Source: Tubiluchus corallicola
Taxonomy: Eukaryota; Animalia; Priapulida
Direction: 5' to 3'
Length of the DNA: 64,000 nucleotides
Assembly: GCA_030141605.1 (NCBI GenBank)
Contig: JAQGDQ010000275.1
Span: 62,001-126,000 of the forward strand
Part shown: in pieces, positions 1 to 11,777 of the stretch
How positions within the stretch are numbered: the stretch's first letter is position 1
Layout of the letters: each line of letters opens with the position of its first letter
Translations under genes and position numbers: made by a program
The notes under the pieces: model-generated
What the model was told of the DNA's origin: nothing
Database searches by the model: none
Seen by the model: only the letters and a program-made list of their open reading frames with translations

Positions 1-329
1 CATTTCAATTCAAATAAAATTTAATTCAAATTTCAGTTAAACATGAAATATAACTATGCAATTTTAAGTTAATTTGTAGGTTTCATTTCTAATCACGTAC
101 GATAGCAAGTATTTGAATGTAAGTTATGTTAATTACTAAAAAATAGCAAAGCGCTAAGTTGTCAGTGCAGAGCAAAAACATGCAGTTCAGTCAGGACAGC
201 ATAGGTTTAACAAAAAATACTAAAAAGCAAAGGTCCTAAAACAGGTCCTTGTAGCTCACCGGTTGCAAGTTATGCACAGGTTTTGACAGTTTATTACCTA
301 CGTCTGGAAAAGTAACTTGTGTTTTTTTT

Positions 330-527
<198 letters not shown>

Positions 528-3500
528 GAACTGTTGAAGAGCCTATTCAACATCACTGACTGTAGTGCATAACTCTTTCATTTAAAAGCACTTTATCAAC
601 GTATACATCTCAAAAACCAGACGGGATTAGCAATAGCTGCACAAGTACTTCTATAAAGAAGTTTAAAATTTATTTATGCTATAAGCTTGTGAGCATTATC
701 TGCATGGGTAACTGAGAAAATAGTTAAGCTATATTAAAATGGCTAATTAATACGGTTGCATGTATGTTTTATTTGCATATTGCATAATACCAGTCAGAGT
801 TTATATGTTCGTCTTTCTTGTCATCATCTCCATTATCTTGTCTTCCAAGTCTTGTCGCTTGTTCCCTGGGCGGGTCAGATAAAAACTTCTGAAAGGTGCG
901 ACTAGTGAAGCACAACGCTGACTGGCAGACGTACGCCACTGATTCTGATTGTGATCAGTTTTACACAGGTGAGGTGGAGACGAATTGAGCTTATTCGATA
1001 AATTCCGTGTTCAAGTTGTGATTATACGCGTCTTGTGAAAGTAATCATTGTTGCTGCAAATGGGATACAGGCGCGAAATTTGATGCAATTTCTGTTTTTA
1101 ATGACTATCTATAAGCAATTTGCATCTCTGTAGACGCGCAACTTGTGTGATTGTAAGTATGGTACTATTAAAAAAATTATTGTCAGTGAAATATGACTTC
1201 AAAACTCAACTTGTGTGCTCATTTAAATTTTAAATTAATTAGCCATTTTAAAATTAAGGCGCATAATAAAGATTTTACCCACTGAATATAAATGCGTGTA
1301 AGTTATAAACGTTGATAACATAACGATTTAAGATTGAGATAATGATAATGATAGCTACAACGATATGATCATAATTATGTTGATAATGGCGAAAAACTAT
1401 CTATAAATCTGTACAACACTTATGTACGAGTAGATATGTATTAAGTATGACAACACATAATTCCGTAGAACTTAATTCAACTTAACATCCATTTGTCATT
1501 TTGTTAAAAAATAGAGGTAATATTAAGTTACGACCATCATTACACCATCATAAATTGAATTTACATTCAACACTATAAGGCGGTTGAAATTGCTCGTGTT
1601 CCAGCAGAGGGCTATAATTATAAGTATTATTTTTATACAGATCTGATTCGTCTATCACTTGACAATTTTTAACTTGCAAAATCACTTTTTGCACGAGCAG
1701 TGATTATACATTAATTTTAAGTAGCTCAAAGGTAAACGTGTGCCAAAATTGAAATTCATTCATGTACTAATTATAATATAAAAATACTTTACATAACGAA
1801 ACTTATATTTTTTAAGAAAATATGCATGACATATAACTGTCTACATAACAACAATGTAGAATTATATCTTAAAAAGAGCATAGCGTCTACTAAAGTCTAC
1901 TAAACGATTTACTAATTGAACGTACGTGTAACTGTATAGCGAATTTTCTTGAATTATTTTGAATTTTCGAATTAAATATTAGTTATCGAACAATCATATT
2001 TTTGTATAAATTAATAGGCTAATGTACATTAGTAATGTGGTATCGCTTCTGTACTCTGTGGGGTTTTTATATTTTAATTTTAAGTATTAGTTAATGTATT
2101 ACTCATATTTTTGAACCAACCATCTATGAAATTAAATTTTCGAATTAACCAATTGTATAAGTCGGTTCTTTACTAGGTTGCACATAGTGGAAATACTTTG
2201 ATCAGTAATATTACTGTATGTAAATCCACCTAAAAAGAAACAAAGTTTATATAAAAAAATGAGCAGAATACAAAGATACTTGTATTTTCCCCTAGGATTA
2301 AATAATAAATGTACATTTGTTAGGAAAAAAGTAAGACTGTCTTATTTACATAAAACATGTTTGATTTACATAATGTATTAATACATATTATTTTGAACTA
2401 CCAACGGCCTTTTAACTAGCTTTTATAATACTTTTAGTTAAAGGTGTATGATAAATTGCTTTTGTAAAATTTGTTGACACTAACGACGCATAGCAACGCC
2501 ATTTTAGGCTTCCTCCGCAGGTGGTGCACGTTTTTAATTGACAGCAGGTTAATTTATTGTTTGCACTTCTGTCTATTTTACTACAACTTCGTCACGATAG
2601 GTGCAAGAGAAAATGCTTTTTTACTTTGAAAGCGAAAAACACTGCAATTTTTGGCAAAATATTTTAACACGTTGGTAGGGATGTCAGTCTGTGCAGTGTT
2701 AAGGTGATAATATAATTTAAAAAAAGATAAGTGATAAAATTCACTGATTATCAAAACTATATAATAATTATATAGATATATAGGTAGATAAATAAATATA
2801 TTTAGCCATTCGCACACGCCCGTTCTGCAGGCTCGGTATCCATTACAAGATTATCTATGATAATGTGCTAGATTCCTGTCACGCCACAGCTGTTAACGTA
2901 ATAAACACACCGTGCTGTTGAATACCAGTTCGTAGCAGCGTGCAGAACTGTATGAATAATTAAATTTTTATTTTTCAGTTGTAAACGCGTCCATAGTTAT
3001 TACAGTATAACTTAAGGCTAAACAGTTTTAAGTGCCAAGGTGCAAATAATTTAAAACTTTTAGTTTTCAAAAAGGTAAGCGTGGTTAAATAAAATAGTAT
3101 AATTGTGAAAATGAAAATGAAGAGCCCACTCCAGCACCTCCCAAAAATTATGGGAGCTATAAGGCCTTCCTGGTCCTCGCTTCCTGGGCCGCGTTAGTCA
3201 AATAGGTTGCTAGGGCGAAGGTAACGTTTGCTAAATTAATGTTTGCACTTTGTACAAGTTTTCAACTCAGTGATGTTCTTATTAAGCTCTTTAAAAGCAA
3301 AAACAAATAGCACGACTATATAATAATACGTTTATTAAAGGTTGTGCAAGCTTACTTTTGTTTTATAGAGTTTAAAAAATTTGTTCAGAATAAAGAACAT
3401 TTATGGTGTTGATTTTAATTTAATTCATTTATCAGAATAGCCAACTGATTTGTGATTACATTAATATGATTCTACACCTACGTTCAAAATTTATAAAAGT

Positions 3501-3729
3501 TACCTCAGTTAATAATATTGTTATTTAGTACCATGTACATAAATAAGTCTTTCAATTAAGCACCATTAAATCTTGAAAGTTTTTTAATCAAACTGCACGT
3601 TTTCTGTTACTATCATTTATTGACCTGAAAACATGGTTCCTACATTTTGACACTTTTAATTTAAACTACTTATTTACAATTCCGCTGTTTTAATTCAGAA
3701 AGCTGTGGATAAACGTAAGTAATCTGTTT

Positions 3730-4086
3730 ACTGTAATAAAAGCTACAAATTCTTGAATTTGTATGATAATCAAGTACGTAACATTTTAGATACGTTTCAA
3801 AATGGCGGTGGCAGAACATCAACAAAGTTTGCCACCATGGATGACATACGAGTCCTGGAACTCAGCGATAGATTATTACTACTTTATTATAAATTAGATT
3901 ATAAACTTTATTATAAACTAGATTATAAATACAGATTTATTACTACTGTAATAAAAGCTACAAATTCTTGTATTTGTATGATAATCAAGTACGTAACATT
4001 TTAGATACCTTTCAAAATGGCGGTGGCAGAACATCAACAAAGTTTGCCACCATGGATGACATACGAGTCCTGGAACCCAGCGATAG
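3730..4086 (+). repeat. Tandem duplication (~140 bp, offset 215) of the acceptor and start region of the first GATA coding exon
   Basis: 3730-3871 matches 3945-4086 with about 3 substitutions. It includes TTTTAG, an ATG at 3802 and the first 23 codons. Confidence 0.95.
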
Positions 4087-7000
4087 TGGCTCCGCCCTAT
4101 CCGGAGCAGATAAATCCAGCAATGAGATCTTTGGACGACATTGTCTTCAGACATGACAGTGCACCTGAAGTGAGCATGTCTTCTGCTAATAAATTCTTTT
4201 CAAGTGGCTATGGTCGAATGTCTTCAGATCTTACAGGTCAGTGTAGACTTAGCTATGATTTTTAATTTTGATTTTAATATGAACTTGTTTACACTTCTAA
4301 ATGACATTGATAAAGCTTCTGCATTCTTAACAATTGTAAATAAGCATAATATCTCATTTAACTATGATTCTGTTGTTCACGTACAGGGATATATTTACTC
4401 CTCATATTGTTGTACCGTTCTGTCGTTTTGTGAAGTGAATATTTATATGTGTAAAAACAATATGAGTTAAACTACTACTACTACTACTGCTGCTGTTACT
4501 ACTACTACTACTACCACCACCACCACCACCACCACTACTACTACTACAGGCCGTCATTTTAGCTTATAGAAGTTTTTGATGTAGCTTAGTACCCAAAAAT
4601 GTATAGTATGCCATTTATTTGCACTGTCTTTTTCTTATTTGCCTATTTTCTCAATCCTGTAACTGTGTCGATATGGTTTATTAATATATATTTTTGCTAA
4701 ACTGTATTGTATTATCTTGTTTTTTGTAGCTCATTCGCAAGCATCCTCACAAATACACCCACAGGCATTTCCGTCATGGCCACTTCCAGAAAAGGACCTA
4801 ACAGCGCATGCGTGGACAGGTGTGTTTGCTAAACCCGCCATGTATCAACCAAAGACGGAAGTGTATAAGGAGCGAAGCCATTTACCTGAACAGTACGGAA
4901 AGCCAGTTAGCGCCAGTAGTATTTTGCCACCCACGCCACCTATGGATGGTACGACCGAACAATTGACAGGTCTAAAACAAGGCGTTGTTAATCCCAGTGC
5001 TTTTAATATAGCTGTATCTCACAGTAGTGACAATCAAAAGTGTGGCTCCACCTGTGAACAAAATTTAGATGTAAACAGCAATATCTGCACCGGTTTAATA
5101 CCACAGTTTAATTACGTGACTTTAGTATCATCAACATCAGTGCAGCGACAGTCATTGCAGTCAACAGCAAGTGCGCATGCGCACCCTGTCTCAAGGTACT
5201 ACAACTATTCCCCACTGTCAGAAAGTTTAACATCCAAGACATTACTTCCTCCTAACGCTCCACAGTCATCGCTGTCGTCATCATCGGCGTTTACGCCGAC
5301 GGTTGATACGGGGTTGCAAGACGCAGTGAGCAAGAGTTCAGTAACGTCAGTAATAAAGGCAACGCCGAGACGGAAAAGTCAAAAACGGAAAAACACAGGT
5401 AAATATTTAATTGCACACCATCATTATTGGTTATGTACTGTTAGGCTTAAAGGAAAACCGGACGATTGTGTAAACAATAGTTCAGAATAAAGAATGCTCT
5501 AAAATATTGAAAATTACAATAGTTTTTTAAATCAAAACTTAGATTAAGTAATAATTACCTCGGATACTCAAATTTTGTTAAACCTTCAAAAGCTACGTTA
5601 GTAGTGTTACTTTCTGACGTCATATGACGTAGAGCCCATTTTCGTGACATCACGTGTTAACGCAAACGTGCTTGACGCGCAAGGGAAGACGCCCGCCATT
5701 GCACAAACTGTGGTTAGTTTCTGACGTAAACAATAGCTGTGTTTAGTTGCCGTTAATTAACTTTCTAAGCTAATTATTCAAATATAAAAAACAATTGCTA
5801 ACTTTTATAGGCAAGAGAATTTATATTTTGACAGTCAATTAAAGTGAGATTGTTTCTAAACAATCTTCCGGTTTTCCTTTAACTAAATAATGATTTTTAT
5901 TAGCAGTGAAAGTTCAAAAAAGGTATGTGAAATTCTCTTCGGCCCTGTAGTGGAAAGATATATTAAACAAAAGGCACACAAATTTTTTTATGCCCGAAGT
6001 TATGTATAAAAAATAAATTAGTGCAATAATCAGATTGTTTTCAATTACTGAAAACCTAGAAGTATTTAGACTGCAAAGTTAGAAAAATCATTTTTCAAGC
6101 ATTCTAAAGGGTTTTTGGGATAATTAAAATCGGTAACGTGCGTAATTTAAATCTGTGGTAATCATAACGTTCCAAAAACGTTTGATTCAGAAGTTTGCAT
6201 TCACAGAGAAAAAGAAGTATTCAGAAAAATGGCGCGATAAGTAATAACTTGTATGATATGAATATCGACCACAAGAGTTTGTAATTATAGAGAGAATATG
6301 TTTCTTACCTGCTACACGCACAACTGTTTTTAGCCCGCATATTGATAGCAACTTTTGAAAGATAAGATATCCCAAACAACTTTCCAGACAATGTTATATT
6401 ACTTAGCATTACGCTTACCTGTTTGAAAGACTTATGTAATAGGAAGAGACAATTCTTAATAATTTAAAATATTCGGCTGCCTAGTAAAACGACACCCATC
6501 GTATTCCCAGTGTGCACCACTGATTCACTAAAAACACATTATTGATCTTATTGACAATATAAAGTAATTTAAACTTTTGCTTAGAGAGCGAAGAGTGTGT
6601 TAGGAATGTTTTGATATTTTTGGCATACTTAACGTAATATTATTTAAACTTGTTTCAAACATTTTACCGTCAAAATGGCCGCGCCCAATGGTCATCGTTA
6701 GATATTTTATACAATGTTAATGCTAACGCAAGCCACACGGAACAAGTCAGCATGTAAGACTTTGTACGTGATGTAAGCGTGTAAGCGCTCTACCTGACTT
6801 TTGTGAAGACATTCTTAACCTGCGTCTCAGTAAAGTCGTTTACAATATGTTTGCAATAATCACTTTTTATGTAAATATTAGCGTAAAATATTCGATTAAA
6901 GTTAGACTTATTTTGTAGCAGACCGAGAATGCGTGAACTGTGGCGCCACCACTACGCCGCTGTGGCGGAGGGATAACGTTGGAAACTATTTGTGCAATGC

Positions 7001-10000
7001 TTGTGGTCTCTACTTCAAAATGAATGGTCAAAATCGGCCTCTTGTTCGACCCAAACGGCGACTTGTAAGTACGAAGCATTTCAAATTAACCAACGATTTT
7101 TAATTTTTATCATTTTTTTATTTAAAAACCATAGTCATCATCAGATATTTAAAATAATAAAATATCTATGAATGCTATTGTGCAGTAGAAACGTTGTTAC
7201 TTTCTATTAAAAAATTCGCAACTTTAGACCAGTAAGCATAGGCTGAAGGTTACGGACGTATACATAAAGTGATAGTGTTTAATTTATAAACTGATTTGCG
7301 AGTACTAAACAGATTACAACTGAAACATAACGCACTAATTGAAAATCGTGTCAAACAGAACACCGAAACTTCGAAAACTCGAGAAGAAAAGTCAGATGTC
7401 AAAGGCAGTTTTCATTTTATTTTAAGTATACAGTAATAGTATTAACACGACCGTATTAATGTTACTACACATACTTAAAAAGTGTTACTTAAAAACACAA
7501 TCCTTATACAATACAATACTTATAATCATTCTTACTTTCTAACAAAAAAAATCCTGCCGTAGATATATTTGAAAATTTATTTGTAAGTCACTTTAAAAGA
7601 ATTTTAATAGTTAGTTTATTAACTTAATAGTTAGTTAATAATAATCGTTTAATGACGGAGCAAAGACGTAATTAATAAATTTCTGAAACCAAATGTTATT
7701 GAAAATGTGAAAAAACCGGAACTAAGTCTGGATTTGAACCAGGGATTTTTGACTTAAAAGTCAAGTGTCATGTACATCATGCCGCACAGCCCCCTGTTTA
7801 TTTAGCAATCCTTTACTTACTCCTAACTTCTAATCACCTGACCCAATATTTGTAACGGCGCGTCCAGATTAACGAATTTTCTTGCCAAGTAGCTCGCAAG
7901 CGCGTTCAGACTAAAGAGCAAAATTTGCTCTGAGTTACTCTACGACAGTAAGCGCAAGCTGATGCTTACTTCTCTATTCAGTGCGAGAGAACTCGCCAAC
8001 ACGTTCACACTAGACAGTAACTCACAGGAAGTAACTAGCAGCAACTGTTAGAGAATTTGCAATTTCTTGCCGACATTAACGTGCAAAGCAGTTCACACTT
8101 GCGAGTTTGCTGTTAGAGAGAAAACTCGCAATAGAAAACTTGCTAGTATGAACGCGTCGTTATTTGATATATTAAGAGTTAATTTGTCACTTGACATTCT
8201 AATCCAAGTGCTTCAAATCTAGATTTAGATAATCCCTACTTTCGCATTACCTTCCATTTACTCAGATTTTGATTTCGAAAATTAAATAATAATCGTAGAC
8301 TCAGTCCATTACTGGATTAGTTACTTTATTTCAACGGTCTTTATCAACCTCGATACCCGTAATCAAAAGTTATAATTATGCATTAACTTAACAGTTTCTG
8401 CGCATACTAATGTTCATCAAATATACCTGTTATTCACTATTGAGACTAACGTGCAACAAAATTAATGATATTATTTCTGCAAATTTTATCTGAGCAGTTT
8501 ACGTATTTATTTATGGCAGTTTATAAATGTGTATGCTGCCATATATACGCCATACGTTGGTCTGTATTTTATTAAAAACAATTTATACAGATAATATCTT
8601 AATATATATATTAGCCTTACTTGTAAACAACAGGTTTATTTGATGCACTTGGCTATGTACAGAAACTATAAGTCAATGCGTGATCATAATGTTAAGTTAC
8701 AGACTGATACCACAGTTGATAAAAACTCAAGAGAAGTCAAAACGTCCTGAAAGTTTTTATGAATATTTTGCCTAAATGAATGACCAGATTTTTATAAAGC
8801 AATAAGCTGCCTTTATTGTTCATGCCCATAGTTCTGTTTTGACACTTTTGTGAAATAAACACTTGGACTGATCTAAGTATTTAAAAATCTTTCTAAATGA
8901 CCGGTAAGATCAAAATTTTGTTTTCCACATTGCTGGTTCAATAGGCAGTGTTACTAATACAGATTTGCTGATTGCTTGCACAACAAGAAAGTAAAGATAT
9001 TATCCAAGCAACATGCAAACAACTTTTATAACAATAACACATCATGTGTATTCCTACACTAGTTAACACTGATCTACAATGCAATACAATGCAATGCAAC
9101 GCAATGCCATGCCATACCAGACTAAACCATACCGCATCGTACCGTACCGTGCCGTGCCGTGCTGTACCGTACCGTACCATACCATACCATACCATGCAAT
9201 ACAATACTATGCACCACAATATACTAAAACGATAAACCTAAATGACTGTATCTTAAAATTGGTTGCTATAAATGTACTGCAAAATGCTCATTCTCTAATG
9301 AGGTGGACGCTAAATATTTGTGACTTTATACAGAAAATAAATTTTAATTTCAGTCTGCGTCGAAGAAATTGGGACTAACGTGCCATAACTGTGCTACCAC
9401 AACCACAACGCTTTGGCGGCGTAATACTAGGGGGGAGACAGTGTGCAACGCTTGTGGACTTTACTTCAAATTACATTCGGTAAGTTCCTATTATTAGTAG
9501 TCTATCCCAGCATTTATTTTTAATTAGATTGCTTACATTTTTACTGAACTCACAGAGAAAACTTGAAAGTTACTAAGGCACAAGTTCTGTTCTATACATT
9601 AGAGTGGGTTCACACACATACCTGATTTTTCTTTCACTTGGTAATGCGAAATGCAGTTCATTCGGTAAACAAATTGAATTCATTATAGTTCACAAACTGA
9701 AGTGATAAAAAATAAATACTGAATTTACTTCTGCTGGTTAGTGTTTATGGCGATGTAGCATTGTTTACCAGATTCTTTTGTTCATTTCGTGAAAGTTAAT
9801 GTATAATAGACGTTTAGACCTCAAATTTAAAAGTTTCAATCAGCGAGCGGTACGGATTCTAAGAGAACCCAACGTTAGGTGTCGAACTTTGAATTTTGTT
9901 GAGTATCGAGTCATGCATGAGCAAACCGCACTTGATCAAGGATAGTCAAGCGACTGATACGGTCATGCTCGCGGATTTGCATCTGAATTCATACAGTCTT

Positions 10001-11643
10001 GTTTTTGGCAAGGCCCGAGAAACCTTGTACTTACATAAAGCTAAAAAAACTGTCTTGAAATTTTATATCACCTATTCATGTTGGCTTTCTGCACACACAG
10101 TTTGGGCGTTATCATTAACGCCGTGTAAAACTAGCAAACGACGACGACCGTTAGACACAGAGATTTTGGTTGAGGCCGTTTGAGACAAGTTCACATAATT
10201 TTGGGTTAAGTTTGAAAAAAGTGAGCATTTGTTGCACACTCTTTTTTATAACTTTCTGCAAAAGGATAAATTTCTGTATGTTGGCAATAAGATCAATAAT
10301 GTGTTTTTACTGGTGAATCAGTGGTGGCGAATCAGTGACATTTTACTAGTTGATGCGAGCATTTTAAATTACTAAGAACGTTCTTTTCTAGTTACATAAG
10401 TTTTTAAACAGGTAAGCATAGTGTTAAAGCAAAACCGGACCCAATTTTAAACTGTAGGCCAAAACAACAAATTGTTTAAAATCTTAAAGGGAATATACTA
10501 TGTTTTAAAGAATGACTTACGTAAAACAAATATGACCACACAAACGCAATTTCGCCATCGCGCCACGATTTCTTGGCTTTTACGCGCATTTCGCCATTCG
10601 CTAGTTAGATGGGCACTAGTACCTGCACTTCAGAAACGCATTGCACAAAAGCAGGTGCTGTACCTTTCAGTTCAGATACGTTAGTTTGTGACGAACTACA
10701 CATGTTCGACAGTTCATTCGTGAGTATAGCTATGAATTTGAAATTAGAATTTTTATCTTAAAACTTGCCTAGTTTTAGTATAACGCACGGAACCTCTTAC
10801 AGTAGCACTGCACTTCAATTTTCGTGTTCACAAACACGTGCAACACGCTCGTGGAATATTTTTGATGTTGAAAATGATTTTAGTTTGCGATGTCGTCGCT
10901 AGTTGGGCTCGCCCGTCATTAATTAAGATTTAAATGTATTATTTAATTATCAGAAACGCTTTTACATATTCCTGTTAAAATGTATACTTTTTACCGTACT
11001 TGAAAATGGGGTAGTACATGAAAAATCATCCTGTCTTCCTTTAAATAATATAACTGTGTGTGGAAAATTCTTGGGACGTACGTTAAAATTGTCTTTTCTT
11101 GTCCTTTAACCGAACAGATTGAAATCAGTGTATAAACTGCACAATGACATAATTTCTTATTATCAAGATTAGAGTGATTAGTTACGACGCGTGTACTTGA
11201 TGATGAGCAAGGGTTTATTGTGGTCATATTTTCATCCAGTGAACAATAAGTGCACGAAATTAACTTCAAATTACAACTCGTTCACGTAAAATACAGGCTT
11301 CATGCTAATATGACTCTTGATCACGTTGCTTGTATTGCAGGCTGACAGACCTATTAGTATGAAGAAGGAAAACATACAAACAAGAAATCGCAAGTCCAGA
11401 AAAGGAAAACGACACGAAGAACAGCAACATTTCGAGCAACCAAACAGTCAGACATTCATCCAACCTGTCAGCTATCCTGTCCTGGGTCGTACGGCTGCCG
11501 CGCCCTCGCATTTGTCGTACATGCCACCTGGTCCAGTAATGACGGCGCAGATTCCTCAGACGATACCACCCAGTTTTCAGTACAGTCCCCACTATCCAAG
11601 ACCATTTTCACTGGCGCCATCTATTGCAGGTTTTGAACTGTAA
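4017..11643 (+). CDS. GATA123: GATA transcription factor, GATA1/2/3 class, two CX2CX17CX2C zinc fingers (~487 aa)
   Basis: Exons 4017-4236, 4730-5398, 6919-7064, 9354-9479, 11341-11643, all GT-AG and phase-consistent. N-finger [40 protein letters not shown]-finger [32 protein letters not shown], basic tail [23 protein letters not shown] and QTRNRK are GATA1/2/3 signatures. Confidence 0.95.
4471..4548. repeat. (ACT)n/(ACC)n compound trinucleotide repeat
   Basis: Direct reading; lies in the first coding-region intron of GATA. Confidence 0.9.
5451..5878. mobile_element. Non-autonomous TIR element, Kolobok-like (TTAA target duplication)
   Basis: TTAA|AGGAAAACCGGACGATTGT ... ACAATCTTCCGGTTTTCCT|TTAA: terminal inverted repeats with AG...CT ends and TTAA on both sides. 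Confidence 0.8.
6400..6760 (+). repeat. Interspersed repeat family A, copy 1
   Basis: Colinear similarity to 42450-42810 (+) and to ~10090-10430 (reverse), e.g. CACATTATTGATCTTATTGACAA versus TTGGCAATAAGATCAATAATGTG. Confidence 0.8.
7855..8162. mobile_element. Probable MITE with internal GTTCACAC/CTCGCAA motifs (PIF/Harbinger-like)
   Basis: Repeated (GC)GTTCACACT and CTCGC motifs ending in ATGAACGCGTCGTTA; similar style to 30280-30590. Confidence 0.45.
9077..9215. repeat. Degenerate 5-bp repeat (GCAAT/ACCAT/ACCGT)n
   Basis: Direct reading. Confidence 0.85.
10090..10430 (-). repeat. Interspersed repeat family A, inverted copy in GATA intron 4
   Basis: The reverse complement aligns to 6400-6740, e.g. 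TTACATAAGTTTTTAAACAGGTAAGC versus GCTTACCTGTTTGAAAGACTTATGTAA. Confidence 0.75.
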
Positions 11644-11777
11644 ATTCTTTGCAACTTGTTTGGTAAAAATACTTACTAGTGGCGCCACCTTATGCAGGTT
11701 TTTGGCTGTAAATTTTTTGCGACGTCTGTAAAAAATACTTATGACTGGCGCTATCCGATTCAGGTTTTCAACTGTAA
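11611..11777 (+). repeat. About 2.5 tandem copies of a 66-68 bp unit spanning the GATA stop codon
   Basis: TGGCGC..CAGGTTTT..CTGTAA..AAAATACTTA recurs at 11612, 11680 and 11746. Confidence 0.85.

Noticed and set aside
9480-11340. GATA2 +9.5-type E-box/GATA intronic enhancer
   Set aside because: No convincing composite E-box-N8-WGATAR found by eye; much of the intron is repeat-derived.
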